Made by a program: the position numbers and the translations under genes
In this document: positions 17,990-28,445 of the stretch, in pieces
Numbering within the stretch: position 1 is the first letter of the stretch
Layout of the letters: the number at the start of each line of letters is the position of its first letter
The notes under the pieces: model-generated
The model's input: the letters and a program-made list of their open reading frames with translations, nothing else
What the model was told of the DNA's origin: nothing
Database searches by the model: none
Origin: an uncultured Verrucomicrobiae bacterium
GTDB taxonomy: Bacteria > Verrucomicrobiota > Verrucomicrobiia > Limisphaerales > Palsa-1400
Assembly (NCBI GenBank): GCA_963764165.1
Contig: CAVXRD010000004.1
Coordinates: 256,001-320,000, forward strand
DNA length: 64,000 nt
Reading direction: 5' to 3'

Positions 17990-19867
17990 GTGACCGACCT
18001 GAGCGACAATCAATTGCTCCGCGCCTACGCCGACCAAAAAACTGAGGCGGCGTTTGCGGTCTTGCTCCGGCGCCACCTTGACTTTGTTTACTCGGCGGCG
18101 CTGCGAATGGTGCGCGACTCGCATACCGCGCAGGACGTAACGCAAGGCGTTTTTATGGCGCTGTCCCAAAACGCTGGCGCATTGGCCGCGCATCCGTTAC
18201 TTGCCGGCTGGCTGCATCGAACAACTCAAAACATCGCCGCTCAAACTGTGCGGACAGAAATTCGCCGCCGCTTGCGCGAACAACACGCCGCCACCATGAA
18301 CGACTCCAGCCTGGAAAACTCCGATGCCGTGTGGGAGGAAGTTCTTCCTATTCTTGACACGGCGCTGAGCGAATTGAATTCAAGAGACCGCGACGCTTTG
18401 CTTCTGCGATTTTTCCAGCGAAAAACCGCAAGGGAAGTGGGAGCCGCCTTGGACATCGGTGAGGACGCGGCGCAAAAATGCCTGACCCGCGCGCTGGAGA
18501 GGCTTCGGGAAATCCTGCGCCGCCGCGGAGTGAGTGTTGGGGCGCCAGCCTTGGGCACGGCGATTTCGGCCAACGCGATTCAATCCGCCCCCGCCGAAAT
18601 TTCCGCGTCAATTTCCGCCACCGTCGCGGCGATTCACGCCTCCGCGCATCTCCCTTCCATTGCCACTGCCACAAAGGTTATCGCTATGACTGCATTTCAA
18701 AAGACAACCGTCGCCTTAATCGTTGCTGCCGCTCTGGGTGCGGCAATTTATGAGGCGCGCGAGGCGTCTCGTATTCGCGGCGACCTTGAAAGGTTGGCCG
18801 CGCAGCAATTGCAAACGGACGCGATGCGGCGGGAGCTTGATGACGCGACCAATCGCGTCGCGATGCTAGCCGGGGAATTGAGCCGCGTGAAGTTCAACTC
18901 GAACGAGCTGATGAGATTGCGAAGAGACGTTGCGCGCGTGCGGGACCAATCGGCGGACGCGGACCCGGCGATCATGAAATTGGCAGTCAAGGTGGCGTCG
19001 CTGAAACGGAAAGCCGTGGAGTCGCCGAAGCTCACGCTTCCCGAAATGCGCTTTCTTACCGACAAGGATTGGGCGGATGTGGCGGCGGGCGCGGATATGG
19101 CGACCGAGGACGGGATTCGCGAGGCGTTCAGCAACTTGCGCGAGAAGGCGATTGACACGTTCCTCAACGAAATGATGAAGGACGCGATGAGACGTTATCT
19201 TTCTGTCAACAATAACGTCGCTCCCGCGAGCCTCTCCGATCTGACTCCCTTTTTCAATGCCCCGGTGACGCAGGACATGCTCAGCAATTACCAATTGCTG
19301 CAGACAGGCGAGGTGGATAACTCGGCTGACCTGGTGACGCTTACCAACCACGTCGACGATGTCTACGATTCCAATCATGGCATGTCGATCAACGGCGCGC
19401 ATGGCGGCGGTTACAATCGCGTCGGTGAAGCCGTCCGAAATGCGATCGTCAATTTCGTCATTGCAAACGGCGGACAAATGCCAACAGATCCAAGTCAAAT
19501 CCAACCGTTGCTTTCGCAGCCACTGGATTCGGCGACGGTGCAAAAATACATAACGCAAGCGGGGGCAAATCCAGCGCCCCCTGAGTTGATGATCGTGGGG
19601 CCGGCGCTGCAGGCGTTCAACGCCGCCAACAATGGCGCAATGCCTTCCACAGCAGCGGACATCATGCCGTTCCTGACGTCACCCGCGCAGCTTTCCGCGT
19701 TGGAGAAACTGGATGGTGACGCAGGCGCGCTTGCGCCTGCGTTCAACGCGTATTCAGCGGCAAACAACGGTCAGATTCCCCGCAACATCGCGGAGCTGAC
19801 GCCATTTCTCAGCACACCGAATTTGCAAGCCGCCTACCGCCGGTTTACCGGACCGATACCGCATTAA
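17990..19867 (+). CDS. ECF sigma factor fused to a TM helix and a repeated extracytoplasmic domain
   Basis: AQDVTQGVF, LAGWLH, DRDALLLRFFQRKTAREVG; TM VALIVAAALGAAIY; four C-terminal repeats. Confidence 0.9.
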   Translation: MTDLSDNQLLRAYADQKTEAAFAVLLRRHLDFVYSAALRMVRDSHTAQDVTQGVFMALSQNAGALAAHPLLAGWLHRTTQNIAAQTVRTEIRRRLREQHAATMNDSSLENSDAVWEEVLPILDTALSELNSRDRDALLLRFFQRKTAREVGAALDIGEDAAQKCLTRALERLREILRRRGVSVGAPALGTAISANAIQSAPAEISASISATVAAIHASAHLPSIATATKVIAMTAFQKTTVALIVAAALGAAIYEAREASRIRGDLERLAAQQLQTDAMRRELDDATNRVAMLAGELSRVKFNSNELMRLRRDVARVRDQSADADPAIMKLAVKVASLKRKAVESPKLTLPEMRFLTDKDWADVAAGADMATEDGIREAFSNLREKAIDTFLNEMMKDAMRRYLSVNNNVAPASLSDLTPFFNAPVTQDMLSNYQLLQTGEVDNSADLVTLTNHVDDVYDSNHGMSINGAHGGGYNRVGEAVRNAIVNFVIANGGQMPTDPSQIQPLLSQPLDSATVQKYITQAGANPAPPELMIVGPALQAFNAANNGAMPSTAADIMPFLTSPAQLSALEKLDGDAGALAPAFNAYSAANNGQIPRNIAELTPFLSTPNLQAAYRRFTGPIPH

Positions 19868-19915
19868 GCGCTTGTGCGTTTCGCAGCGGACGCAAATCTC
19901 TGTATTTGACGCCGT

Positions 19916-20082
19916 GGCTCGGCAGGAGCCTCGCCCGACCGAGCGGGTGGCACGGCGAGGCTGCCAATGAGCATTCTTGTGAAGGACGCCTCGCCGAGGC
20001 GTCCGGGGTGAGGCGTCGTTGAACAGTGCGGCCCACAAAAACTTTCACGCGCAACCGGACGCCTCGGCGAGGCGTCCCTACC
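19916..20082. repeat. REP-like cluster
   Basis: GGCTCGGCAGGAGCC hairpin plus two GGACGCCTCG(C/G)CGAGGCGTCC palindromes (19984-20004, 20057-20077) between convergent genes. Confidence 0.75.
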
Positions 20083-20184
20083 TCCAAAGGCGAAATTTGT
20101 TCGTCGGAACTCGCACCAACTTTGTTGGTTGGGTCCTCCTGCCAAGCCACGCCAATTCGAGGTTCACAAATCCAATTTGTTCAC

Positions 20185-22240
20185 CTATTTAGTTTGCCCA
20201 AGCTTTACGTAATCGAGTCCGACCATATAGCTCTTTTCAGCTTTCGGGTTTGCTCCCGTTATTTCGAACGTGAGTTTGTGGCTTCCAGCGGTGAGGTCGC
20301 GGGAACCGAGTTTCAGTTCGCTGGTAGGAATGACACCATCGTGAAATAAGTCAATGGGCTGCCCGAGTTGCACACCATCCAAAGAGACTTTGACAATGCC
20401 ATAATCAATCGCCTTGGTGAATTGCGCCATGATCCGGTATCTGCCAGCATTGGTTACCGGCAATTCAAGATCAAGACGGTCGCCGGGTTTGGCGCCATTC
20501 CACCAGAGCTGCCCGTCGTTGCTCCATTGATGATCGGGCCATGCTGTCATATCCTGCTCCTCAGTGTGGCCGCCGGTGCAGGCGAGAATTTTCAAGCGCT
20601 CGCCTTCGATGGCGCCGGCGACTTTGCTCTCCGGCAACTCCGCATAATAATTGGTGCGATCGGCCAGCGGAACCGGCAAATACGGATCCTGTCCGCCCGG
20701 CGCGAGATACCAATAGGCCATGCCCGCGTAGCGGGTGGGACGCTCGTTGGAATAATACTTTTCGATGTCCCCTTCGAACTGCCGCTGGAACGGCACTTGA
20801 TCCGGTATGTGCCAGCGGTTCACCGAGATGTGCCCCTTGTTGTTGTGTTCGTTGTGCGTTTGATTGTGGTAGGCGTTTTGGAACAATTTCGGATCGCCCC
20901 ACGCATAGCCGAAATAATCCTCCGAACCGGTGCCAAACGTGGACGGGAATTTCTCGCCATCCACGAAAAACTTCTCATCGCCTTCGCCCCACCAGCTTCC
21001 GCGCGGATTCCAGATGTGCAGCATGAATCCGACAAAACGCCCGGCGCCGGTCGTCTTCAGAAACGGCCAATCAATCTTCCGCTCCGGTTCTGTGGGCAAA
21101 TACGCATCGCGATGCCACTTGGCGTGAAAGCGGGCGTAATGCGTGAGGTCGCCCTTCAGTGCCTCGCTGTAAATCTCATAATGAAGCTGGTGCTTGTCCA
21201 TCCCTTCGTTGATGAATTGGATGCTCGCGCCGTTGGTGTACGGCATGACCCAGTTCGCATAAAACCAGCCGTCGTCCGTGTAACCGCAGGGCAAGGAACG
21301 GTAAACATTCGGCCCCGGAGCGGTGCCGAAGAAATCTCCCACTGGCGCCCAAACGGACGGCGAGCTTTCGCCGTCCCACCGAATTTGGATAACGGTTTCG
21401 CGCAGCAAATCGCGGTCATCCGGCGTCAGCGGCGGCTCGAATTTCACTCGAATGCACTTCACAACACCAGATCCCGAGGGTTCCGAGCCAGACGTGCCAT
21501 GCCCCGACAATATCCCGCTGCCGCTCGTGCTGACGAAATCACTTGGAAATTTTCGCGGGCCGCAATTGGACAGAATTTTGCTGGCTTCATCGAGCGCGGC
21601 GTTATCTTCCTGTGAAAGTTCGCGCTTGAAAGTTGGCACCTTCGTTCCCGCGGGAAACGCCGAGTAGCCGAAATGGTAGTACGCGCCCCAATTTTCGTCC
21701 GCGACAATTTTGCAGGATTTCTGGAACGGGATCGGTGTGTAGTTGTTCATTCCGCGAGAGGCGTCATGCACGATGGCGGCGCGATTGAACGGCGCTTCCT
21801 TGCCGGAGAAGGTACTCGGTGAATGGCAAATCAACCGCGGGCTCCGCGCTGCCGTCCAGGTAAATGCGGACATGCCCCGTGCCGGGCGCGGCCGACCAAA
21901 TGCGCCAGATGCAACCCGGCCCGTTCATCTCGGCCAGGACATACTTGTCGCCCTCTTTGCGAATGACGCCGTTGTTGTCGCCGTTCGCATCCCAATTCAT
22001 GTATTTGCCAGTGGCCTCGTCGTAGCGGCTCGCGCGGTCGTAGCTGGAAAATTGCGCGGTCTTTTCTCCCGGCTGCGGAAGCGTGGCCAGGTATTCCAAA
22101 TCGGCAAGGCGGTGGACCAAGTCGAGGTAAGTCAAATCTGCGCCGGATGCGGCGGAATGGAGCATCAGCGCCGCCGTGAACCAAATCGCGGAGCGGGCCA
22201 GGCGCAGACTCAGTCTCGTTGAACCAATTGCTGATTTCAT
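20185..22240 (-). CDS. DUF2961 / GH172-like glycoside hydrolase with C-terminal beta-sandwich (frameshift at about 21811)
   Basis: Signal peptide, SSYDR, GPGCIWRIWSA in ORF 21764..22240; WWGEGDEKFFVDGE, GTGSEDYF in ORF 20185..21873. Removing one base gives LPFTEYFSGKEAPF. Confidence 0.82.
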
Positions 22241-22285
22241 TTTTTCTCCAAAAGGAAGAATTGATTGCGGTGCTCGCCCTTGATT

Positions 22286-23812
22286 TTACTTCGCCACAAA
22301 GCTATCAGCGCTGTTGGGATCGCCGGTCCCCTTGTAATGAGCCGTGGCAGGGTAGTTGAACAAAGGCCGGGTTTTCACCACTTTGCCGCCGGCGCTCTTG
22401 GACGCGATGATTCGTTCCGGCGCATGGCTGTGCTCCACCCAGTCCACAATCACGGAAAGCCAGTCCACCTCGCTGGCGCCTGGGCCGCCACCGCAATGCA
22501 GGCAGCCCGGCACCATGAACAGCCGGCAGTAATCGCCGGCATCGGAATCATGCGCCTTCACCTGTAAATAATAATTAATCGTCGCCTGCGGCGGCAGCGC
22601 GGGATCGGCCCAGCCGTGCCAGATGATCAATTTGCCTTTGCGCAATTTCAGCGGATCCAGATTCGCATTGGTGGCATTGAGATAGGAAGCAGCCAAATGG
22701 GTGTCGCTGTCAAAATGGGCAAAGCTGTAAGTGGAATAATCCCAATCCGGATTGTTGAAGATCAGGTATTTGAAAATCTGGGTGCCGAAAGCGAACATCA
22801 AATCCGGCGCGTGTTCGTTCCGCAAGTACAGCGCCGGCCCCACAATCCAGGCAGTCCATTGGTCGGGATCGCACTCGGAGCCGGGCGTGTAGCCAGGATA
22901 AATAAGCTCTTTGCCGTTGCGCGCGCCGCCGTAGAGGGCCTCGATGGCTTTGCGCTGCGCATCGGTCAATCCTTCGACTTTCGTCAAATCGAAATTCGCC
23001 GACGGCGGGTCTTGCACGACTCCGTCCTTCAATCCGTCCTGCCCGTCGCATTGCTCAAGAATGGATTTGGACAGCTTCTCCAGCGCCGCGTGGTCCAGCG
23101 CGGTATGGTCAAGTTGCGCGGGGTCTGGATACAGCGTCATTTGCGAGGTCACGGCATTGGCGGCCAGCCCTGTCCAATCAAACGACGGCGCGCCCGCGAC
23201 GATGCCATCGAAATCTCCGGGAAACCGCTGCGATTCCATCATAGCCTGCCCGCCCCCGCGCGAGCAGCCGAGGAAGAAACTGTAAGTTGGATCCTTCCCG
23301 TAATAAGTGCGGATGAGCGCCTTGGCCACTTCCGCTGTGCGATGCACCGCCAGATAGCCGAAGTTAAGCTGGGCCTCGACATTGTTATAGGCCCAGGTGG
23401 CCGAGGTGCCCGAACTCTGGTGTCCCGTATCCGTCCCGACGGTGGCATAGCCGCCATAAACCGAATAGCGCGCGCTGTTTTGCACCGAGCCGACAAACCC
23501 GCCTCCGCCACCCATGACGAACCGTTCATTCCAATCATCCGGCAGCAATAGTTCGAATCGGATCGCGCCACCGATCGTCCCTTTGACTTGGACGAAAGGC
23601 GGCGCAGCCGGGACTTTCTGCGTATCGGCCGCAACTTGCGTGGCGGACTCCAAAACCACCTCAGGCAAACGGGTTTTTTTGAAATCGTCGAGCGAGACGT
23701 GGCGCGGAGATTGAGCCGAGGAGTCAACAACAGCGCAAAATCCAGTCAGCAAGATGCAAATGGTTCGCAGTGGGCTGCTCCGCAGTGATGGCTGAATGAA
23801 TTTCCGTTTCAT
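22286..23812 (-). CDS. Tannase/feruloyl esterase family alpha/beta hydrolase
   Basis: GCSRGG nucleophile, TDTGH, FDGIVAGAP, WHGWAD, PGCLHCGGGPG. Confidence 0.93.
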   Translation of the reverse strand: MKRKFIQPSLRSSPLRTICILLTGFCAVVDSSAQSPRHVSLDDFKKTRLPEVVLESATQVAADTQKVPAAPPFVQVKGTIGGAIRFELLLPDDWNERFVMGGGGGFVGSVQNSARYSVYGGYATVGTDTGHQSSGTSATWAYNNVEAQLNFGYLAVHRTAEVAKALIRTYYGKDPTYSFFLGCSRGGGQAMMESQRFPGDFDGIVAGAPSFDWTGLAANAVTSQMTLYPDPAQLDHTALDHAALEKLSKSILEQCDGQDGLKDGVVQDPPSANFDLTKVEGLTDAQRKAIEALYGGARNGKELIYPGYTPGSECDPDQWTAWIVGPALYLRNEHAPDLMFAFGTQIFKYLIFNNPDWDYSTYSFAHFDSDTHLAASYLNATNANLDPLKLRKGKLIIWHGWADPALPPQATINYYLQVKAHDSDAGDYCRLFMVPGCLHCGGGPGASEVDWLSVIVDWVEHSHAPERIIASKSAGGKVVKTRPLFNYPATAHYKGTGDPNSADSFVAK

Positions 23813-23904
23813 AATTCAGTATGTGCGAATGCAAATACTGGCATTGAGTTATGGGATGTCCAGCCTACGCGATCTGGCGATCACGCGTTTCATCGATTCA
23901 ATTG

Positions 23905-25281
23905 TCAAAAATACAAGTTGCCGCCAAAATCCGGCGTTTTTCCTTCTTTAACTTCAGCCGTCCATTTAGCCATTTTGTTCTCTCTTCCATAACTGGGCCA
24001 AAACTTCTCGCACTCCTGGAAAAACTCCAGCACGGCGTTGGTTTCCCCCTTCTCCAGCAATTCCTTGGCGAGCGACATGTTCGGACCAAAACTGTTAAGC
24101 GTGGGATCGCCCTTTGTCTTGCCGGCCTCCAAAAGGTATTTCTTCGCCTCGGCCAAGTTGCCCTCGTGCAACGCAACGCGCCCCAGCACGAGGTTGCCGA
24201 AGAAGAAAGCTCTCCCCGCGTTCCCGCCGCCACTCCATTGCATTCCCGGGCCCAAAAGCTCAGTGGCATATGCCCGCGCTTTCTGGAAGTCACCCGCAGC
24301 GACCGCCATCTGCGCCAGATTCGCCAACCGAGGCTCCCCCGGCACTGGGGGCACAGTTTGAGCCTGTGCTTTCTCAAATTCCCTGAGGGCCTTCGCCGCC
24401 AGATTCGTTCCCGGGTGGCCGTTCATTTCCAATTTGTAAAGTTGCCCCAGCTTTTCTGACCAGTCCGGATTTTCCGGTTGGAGATTTTGCGCCTTGGTTA
24501 GCATCTCCTCCGCCGCGGCGTTGTCGTAGATGTTAAAATAGGCGGCTGCATTCCCCAGGAATACAGTATTGGCTGGATCGTCCTTCACATGCTGAAGCCA
24601 CAGGGCTTTTCCCCGCCGATAGGCCGATCCATCCATGACCGGGTCGATCGACATTTCGTGGCCGCTGGCCGAAAACTCCGGATGATGCTCGATGATCCAT
24701 AGAACGTGCCGGGCCTTCGCCGCTCGATCTCTGAAACCATAGTAAGTTATCAAATCAATCCGCGCCGAAAAGTCCTCCGGGTCCTCCACCAATTTTGCCT
24801 CCAGGGCATCCACCTCGGCGGGAGCGAGCATTCGTGGCGGACGCATCGGCAACGGACGGCCTTTTTGCTTGCCTGGCCAATCGGCGTGGCTTGTTTTCTT
24901 GACTGAGGCGGCGACTACATTGATGCGCGACGCTTTGGCGGCGTCCATCACTTTGACCACAGCGGCCCAAGGTGTCTCCTTGTCGGCCCGGATTGCCAGC
25001 GTCGTCTGCGGTTTTTCTTGGGAGATTTCGGCTAACTTCTTTTGCAAATCGTCTGCGGTCGTGAATTTGTCCTGAAAGTTAATCGTCCCGTCGCTGGAAA
25101 TGGTGATGACAAGGGTGTCTTTGGTCGCGCCGTCAATTGCCTTGGATGAATCTGAGGGCAGCGGGGAAGCCTGAGCCGCAGCCCGATGGCAGACCATCGC
25201 CAAAGCGACAAGCACAGGAAACAGCACCGCAGCCAATCCACGCAACCCAACCCGCGCCGCGCGTGGTAATCCCAGCTTCAT
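23905..25281 (-). CDS. Exported ExbD/TolR-like domain fused to a TPR domain
   Basis: LVITISSDGTINF...LAIRADKETPWAAVVKVMDAAK (ExbD periplasmic fold) followed by TPR-like helices; start taken at MKLGLPR. Confidence 0.75.
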   Translation of the reverse strand: MKLGLPRAARVGLRGLAAVLFPVLVALAMVCHRAAAQASPLPSDSSKAIDGATKDTLVITISSDGTINFQDKFTTADDLQKKLAEISQEKPQTTLAIRADKETPWAAVVKVMDAAKASRINVVAASVKKTSHADWPGKQKGRPLPMRPPRMLAPAEVDALEAKLVEDPEDFSARIDLITYYGFRDRAAKARHVLWIIEHHPEFSASGHEMSIDPVMDGSAYRRGKALWLQHVKDDPANTVFLGNAAAYFNIYDNAAAEEMLTKAQNLQPENPDWSEKLGQLYKLEMNGHPGTNLAAKALREFEKAQAQTVPPVPGEPRLANLAQMAVAAGDFQKARAYATELLGPGMQWSGGGNAGRAFFFGNLVLGRVALHEGNLAEAKKYLLEAGKTKGDPTLNSFGPNMSLAKELLEKGETNAVLEFFQECEKFWPSYGRENKMAKWTAEVKEGKTPDFGGNLYF

Positions 25282-25457
25282 GATACTCGGAATCCGCTCG
25301 GTCAATCCCAGCGACATCCAACGGTGGCCTATGCTTGATTTAGCCATAGCAAAAAGGTGACACATCCATACCCATCTAAACAAGTCGAATCCCCTTCCGT
25401 GATCCTCCGCCGTCGACGTGCTCGACGCACACGGGGCACATCCCGCACTATGTCGCC

Positions 25458-26231
25458 ATGACGCGCCGATTCGAACGCTACGTCGCGATAGGTGACAGTT
25501 CCACCGAGGGGCTCGAAGACCCGGATGGGGCTGGCGGTTACCGCGGCTGGGCGAATCGCCTGGCCGAGCGCGTGGCTCAAGCGCAAGACGGGTTGCTCTA
25601 TGCCAACCTCGCTGTGCGCGGCAAGCGCTCCCGGGAAATCCGAGAGGAGCAACTTCCTTCAGCGCTCGCCATGAAGCCAGACCTCGCGACGATTTTCGCG
25701 GGTTCAAACGATATCCTCGAACGCGGTTTCGACGCTGGCAAGCTGCGGGCGGAACTCGAGCGCATCATGGGGGCGCTTGTCGGAGGAAAGGCGGTCGTGC
25801 TGACCTTCACACTGCCAGACCTTTCCGGCGTCATGCCCATCGGCCGCTTCCTGGCACCCCGCGTTCGGGGCATGAATGACAGCATCCGCAAGGCCGCTGC
25901 TTCCACCGGCGCACGCCTCATTGACTTTGCCGCATACTCGGTGGGTTCCGACCCGCGGCTCTGGAGCGAGGACCGTTTCCATGTGAACGCCGAAGGACAC
26001 GCCCGCATCGCGGCGGCGATGGCTCAGTCCCTCGGTTTGCCGGGCGCGGATAATTCCTGGCAGCAGCCGATGCCAGCGCCAAGCGCACGGAGCCGGTGGG
26101 TTCGCATGGCTGAATCCTGGGGGTGGTACCGGCGCCACTTGCTGGATCACCTTTTGCATGGCAGTCCGCCCGAAGAACAGCGCCACCCCAAACGTCCCCG
26201 GCTGGAGGTGGTGAATGTCCCACTGAGATGA
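25458..26231 (+). CDS. SGNH/GDSL hydrolase
   Basis: YVAIGDSSTEG, YANLAVRG, AGSND, DRFHVNAEGH. Confidence 0.92.
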   Translation: MTRRFERYVAIGDSSTEGLEDPDGAGGYRGWANRLAERVAQAQDGLLYANLAVRGKRSREIREEQLPSALAMKPDLATIFAGSNDILERGFDAGKLRAELERIMGALVGGKAVVLTFTLPDLSGVMPIGRFLAPRVRGMNDSIRKAAASTGARLIDFAAYSVGSDPRLWSEDRFHVNAEGHARIAAAMAQSLGLPGADNSWQQPMPAPSARSRWVRMAESWGWYRRHLLDHLLHGSPPEEQRHPKRPRLEVVNVPLR

Positions 26232-26273
26232 TTAGCCTTTTCAGTCCGCGCCGCTCGAAGCATCCTTGGGCGA

Positions 26274-28436
26274 ATGTCGGAAAAAGCGCGCGCCATCTGC
26301 CCTGAACACCTGATCAATCGGGAATTGAGCTGGCTGGAATTCAACCAGCGGGTGCTGGAGGAGGCCCTTGATCGCTCCACGCCGCTGCTGGAACGGCTCA
26401 AGTTCTTTTGCATTTTTGCGGACAATCTGGATGAGTTTTTCGAGATCCGGGTGGCGGCCCTGCAGCAGCGCATCCGCAGCGCCGCGACTGAAAGAAGCCC
26501 CGACGGCCTGACGGCCACCGAAACCTATCACGCGGTCCACAAAAAAGTCCGCGAGCTGGTCACCAGCCAATACAATTGCTGGCGCGACGAATTGCGCCCG
26601 GAATTGGCGAAAAACGGCATTCTCTTCCCGGCCTTCAAGGATTTGCCGGAAGCTGATCTGGCGTGGCTGGAGAGGTTTTACCGCGGCCAGGCCCGCCCGG
26701 TGCTGACGCCCCTGGGCCTCGATCCAGCGCATCCTTTCCCGAAGCTCATCAACAAGTCGCTCAACACGATTGTCCAAATGGAAATCGTGATCAATGAAGA
26801 GCGCCGCAAACGCCTCGCTGTGGTGCAGGTGCCGCGCGTGCTGCCGCGCCTGATCAAATTGCCGGACGCGGATGGTAAGACTCAGCGCCATCTTTTCATG
26901 GGCGAACTGATTCGCAAGAACCTGGGCGAACTGTTTCCCGGGGCGGAGATTCTTGGCTGCTGGCATTTCCGGGTCACCCGGAACGGCGCTCTTTACTCTG
27001 ACGACGAAGCGTCTGCAACCCTGCTGGCCGCGGTGGATTCGGATTCGCGGGCGAGGCATCACGGCGAGGCTGTCCGGCTGGAAGTCGAGCATGGCTGCCC
27101 CTCCGAGATTCGCGCCTTTCTGCTCGAGAACTTCGGACTCGACGAGGAGAGCGTTTACATCATTGACGGCCCTTTGAATCCGGTTCGATTGATCGCGGTG
27201 GCGGAAGGCGATCATTCGCCGGAATTGCGCGCGCCCGCCTTTGTCGCGCCGGTGGCCGCGCCCTTGCGGGACGAGCCGGACATTTTTGCGGCGGTTCGCC
27301 ACGCGGATGTGCTGTTGCATCATCCTTACGAAAATTTCAGCAGCGTGGTGGATTTTTTGCGGCAGGCTTCCATTGATCCGAGGGTCCTGGCCATCAAGCA
27401 AACCCTCTACCGGACGAATGGTGATTTGCAAATCGTCAGCGCGTTGATGGATGCCGTCCGCAACGGCAAACAGGTGACGGTGGTCTTGGAATTGAAAGAG
27501 CGTTCCGAGGAAGGCGCCAATATCCAATGGGCCGTGCGGCTGGAGGAAGCCGGGGTGCATGTCGTCTACGGATTGGTCAATTGCAAAGTTCACGCCAAGA
27601 TGTGCCTGATCGTGCGCAAGGATGCCGACGCCATCCGGCGATATCTGCATTTGAGCACAGGAAATTACAATCCGGCCACGGCGCGATATTACGAGGACGT
27701 GAGCTTCCTGACCTGCCGGGCGGACTTTGGGGAGGATGCGACCAACTTATTCAATTTATTGACGGGCGTCTGCCAGTTTCCCGGCACCAAGAAATTGGTG
27801 GTGGCCCCGTTCGATTTGCGGGAAAAGATTTTGGAATTAATCCACCGCGAAACACGGCATGCCCGCGAGGAATTGCCAGCGCGCATCATCGCCAAAATGA
27901 ACTCGCTCGAAGACCCAATGATCATCGAGGCGCTTTGCCAGGCCGCGCATGCTGGCGTCAAAATTGACCTTTTGGTGCGCGGCGTCTGCTGCCTGAAGCC
28001 GGGGTTGGAGGGCGCCACCGAAAACATCACGGTGCGCAGCGTGGTGGATCGTTTTTTGGAGCACAGCCGGATTTTCTATTTCGAGAATGCCTGCCAGCCC
28101 GAGGCCTGGATCAGCAGCGCGGATTGGACGCAAATCCACCTGCAGCGGCGCATCGAAGTTTTGTTCCCGATTGATGACGGAAATTTGCGGGAGCGCATTC
28201 GCGGGCAAATTCTGGAGGCGATGCTGCGCGACAATGTGAAGGCGCGCGTCCTCCAAACCGATGGCGGCTACATCCGCGCCGTTCGCGCGAACGGGGAACG
28301 AGCGCGGCGTGGTCAATCAGAATTGCTGAAAGCAGCGACGGTTAAATCGGAATTTGAGCAGTCTCCGCGAAAAACAAACGCGAAATATCCACGGCTGAAA
28401 CTCGCGCCCCATCCACTCGCAGCCAGGAAAGGCTAA
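26274..28436 (+). CDS. ppk1: Polyphosphate kinase 1 (divergent)
   Basis: NRELSWLEFNQRVL, NLDEFFEIRVA, HHPYE, IKQTLYR, KVHAK, TGNYN, RFLEHSRI. Confidence 0.93.
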   Translation: MSEKARAICPEHLINRELSWLEFNQRVLEEALDRSTPLLERLKFFCIFADNLDEFFEIRVAALQQRIRSAATERSPDGLTATETYHAVHKKVRELVTSQYNCWRDELRPELAKNGILFPAFKDLPEADLAWLERFYRGQARPVLTPLGLDPAHPFPKLINKSLNTIVQMEIVINEERRKRLAVVQVPRVLPRLIKLPDADGKTQRHLFMGELIRKNLGELFPGAEILGCWHFRVTRNGALYSDDEASATLLAAVDSDSRARHHGEAVRLEVEHGCPSEIRAFLLENFGLDEESVYIIDGPLNPVRLIAVAEGDHSPELRAPAFVAPVAAPLRDEPDIFAAVRHADVLLHHPYENFSSVVDFLRQASIDPRVLAIKQTLYRTNGDLQIVSALMDAVRNGKQVTVVLELKERSEEGANIQWAVRLEEAGVHVVYGLVNCKVHAKMCLIVRKDADAIRRYLHLSTGNYNPATARYYEDVSFLTCRADFGEDATNLFNLLTGVCQFPGTKKLVVAPFDLREKILELIHRETRHAREELPARIIAKMNSLEDPMIIEALCQAAHAGVKIDLLVRGVCCLKPGLEGATENITVRSVVDRFLEHSRIFYFENACQPEAWISSADWTQIHLQRRIEVLFPIDDGNLRERIRGQILEAMLRDNVKARVLQTDGGYIRAVRANGERARRGQSELLKAATVKSEFEQSPRKTNAKYPRLKLAPHPLAARKG

Positions 28437-28445
28437 TACAAACCC

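Noticed and set aside
20368..21615. 415-aa + strand ORF
   Set aside because: Antisense to the DUF2961 gene; no motifs.
25282..25707. Extension of the ExbD-TPR ORF
   Set aside because: Overlaps the SGNH gene on the opposite strand and is Arg/Pro-rich, non-coding-like.
26241..27650. 469-aa - strand ORF
   Set aside because: Antisense shadow of ppk1.
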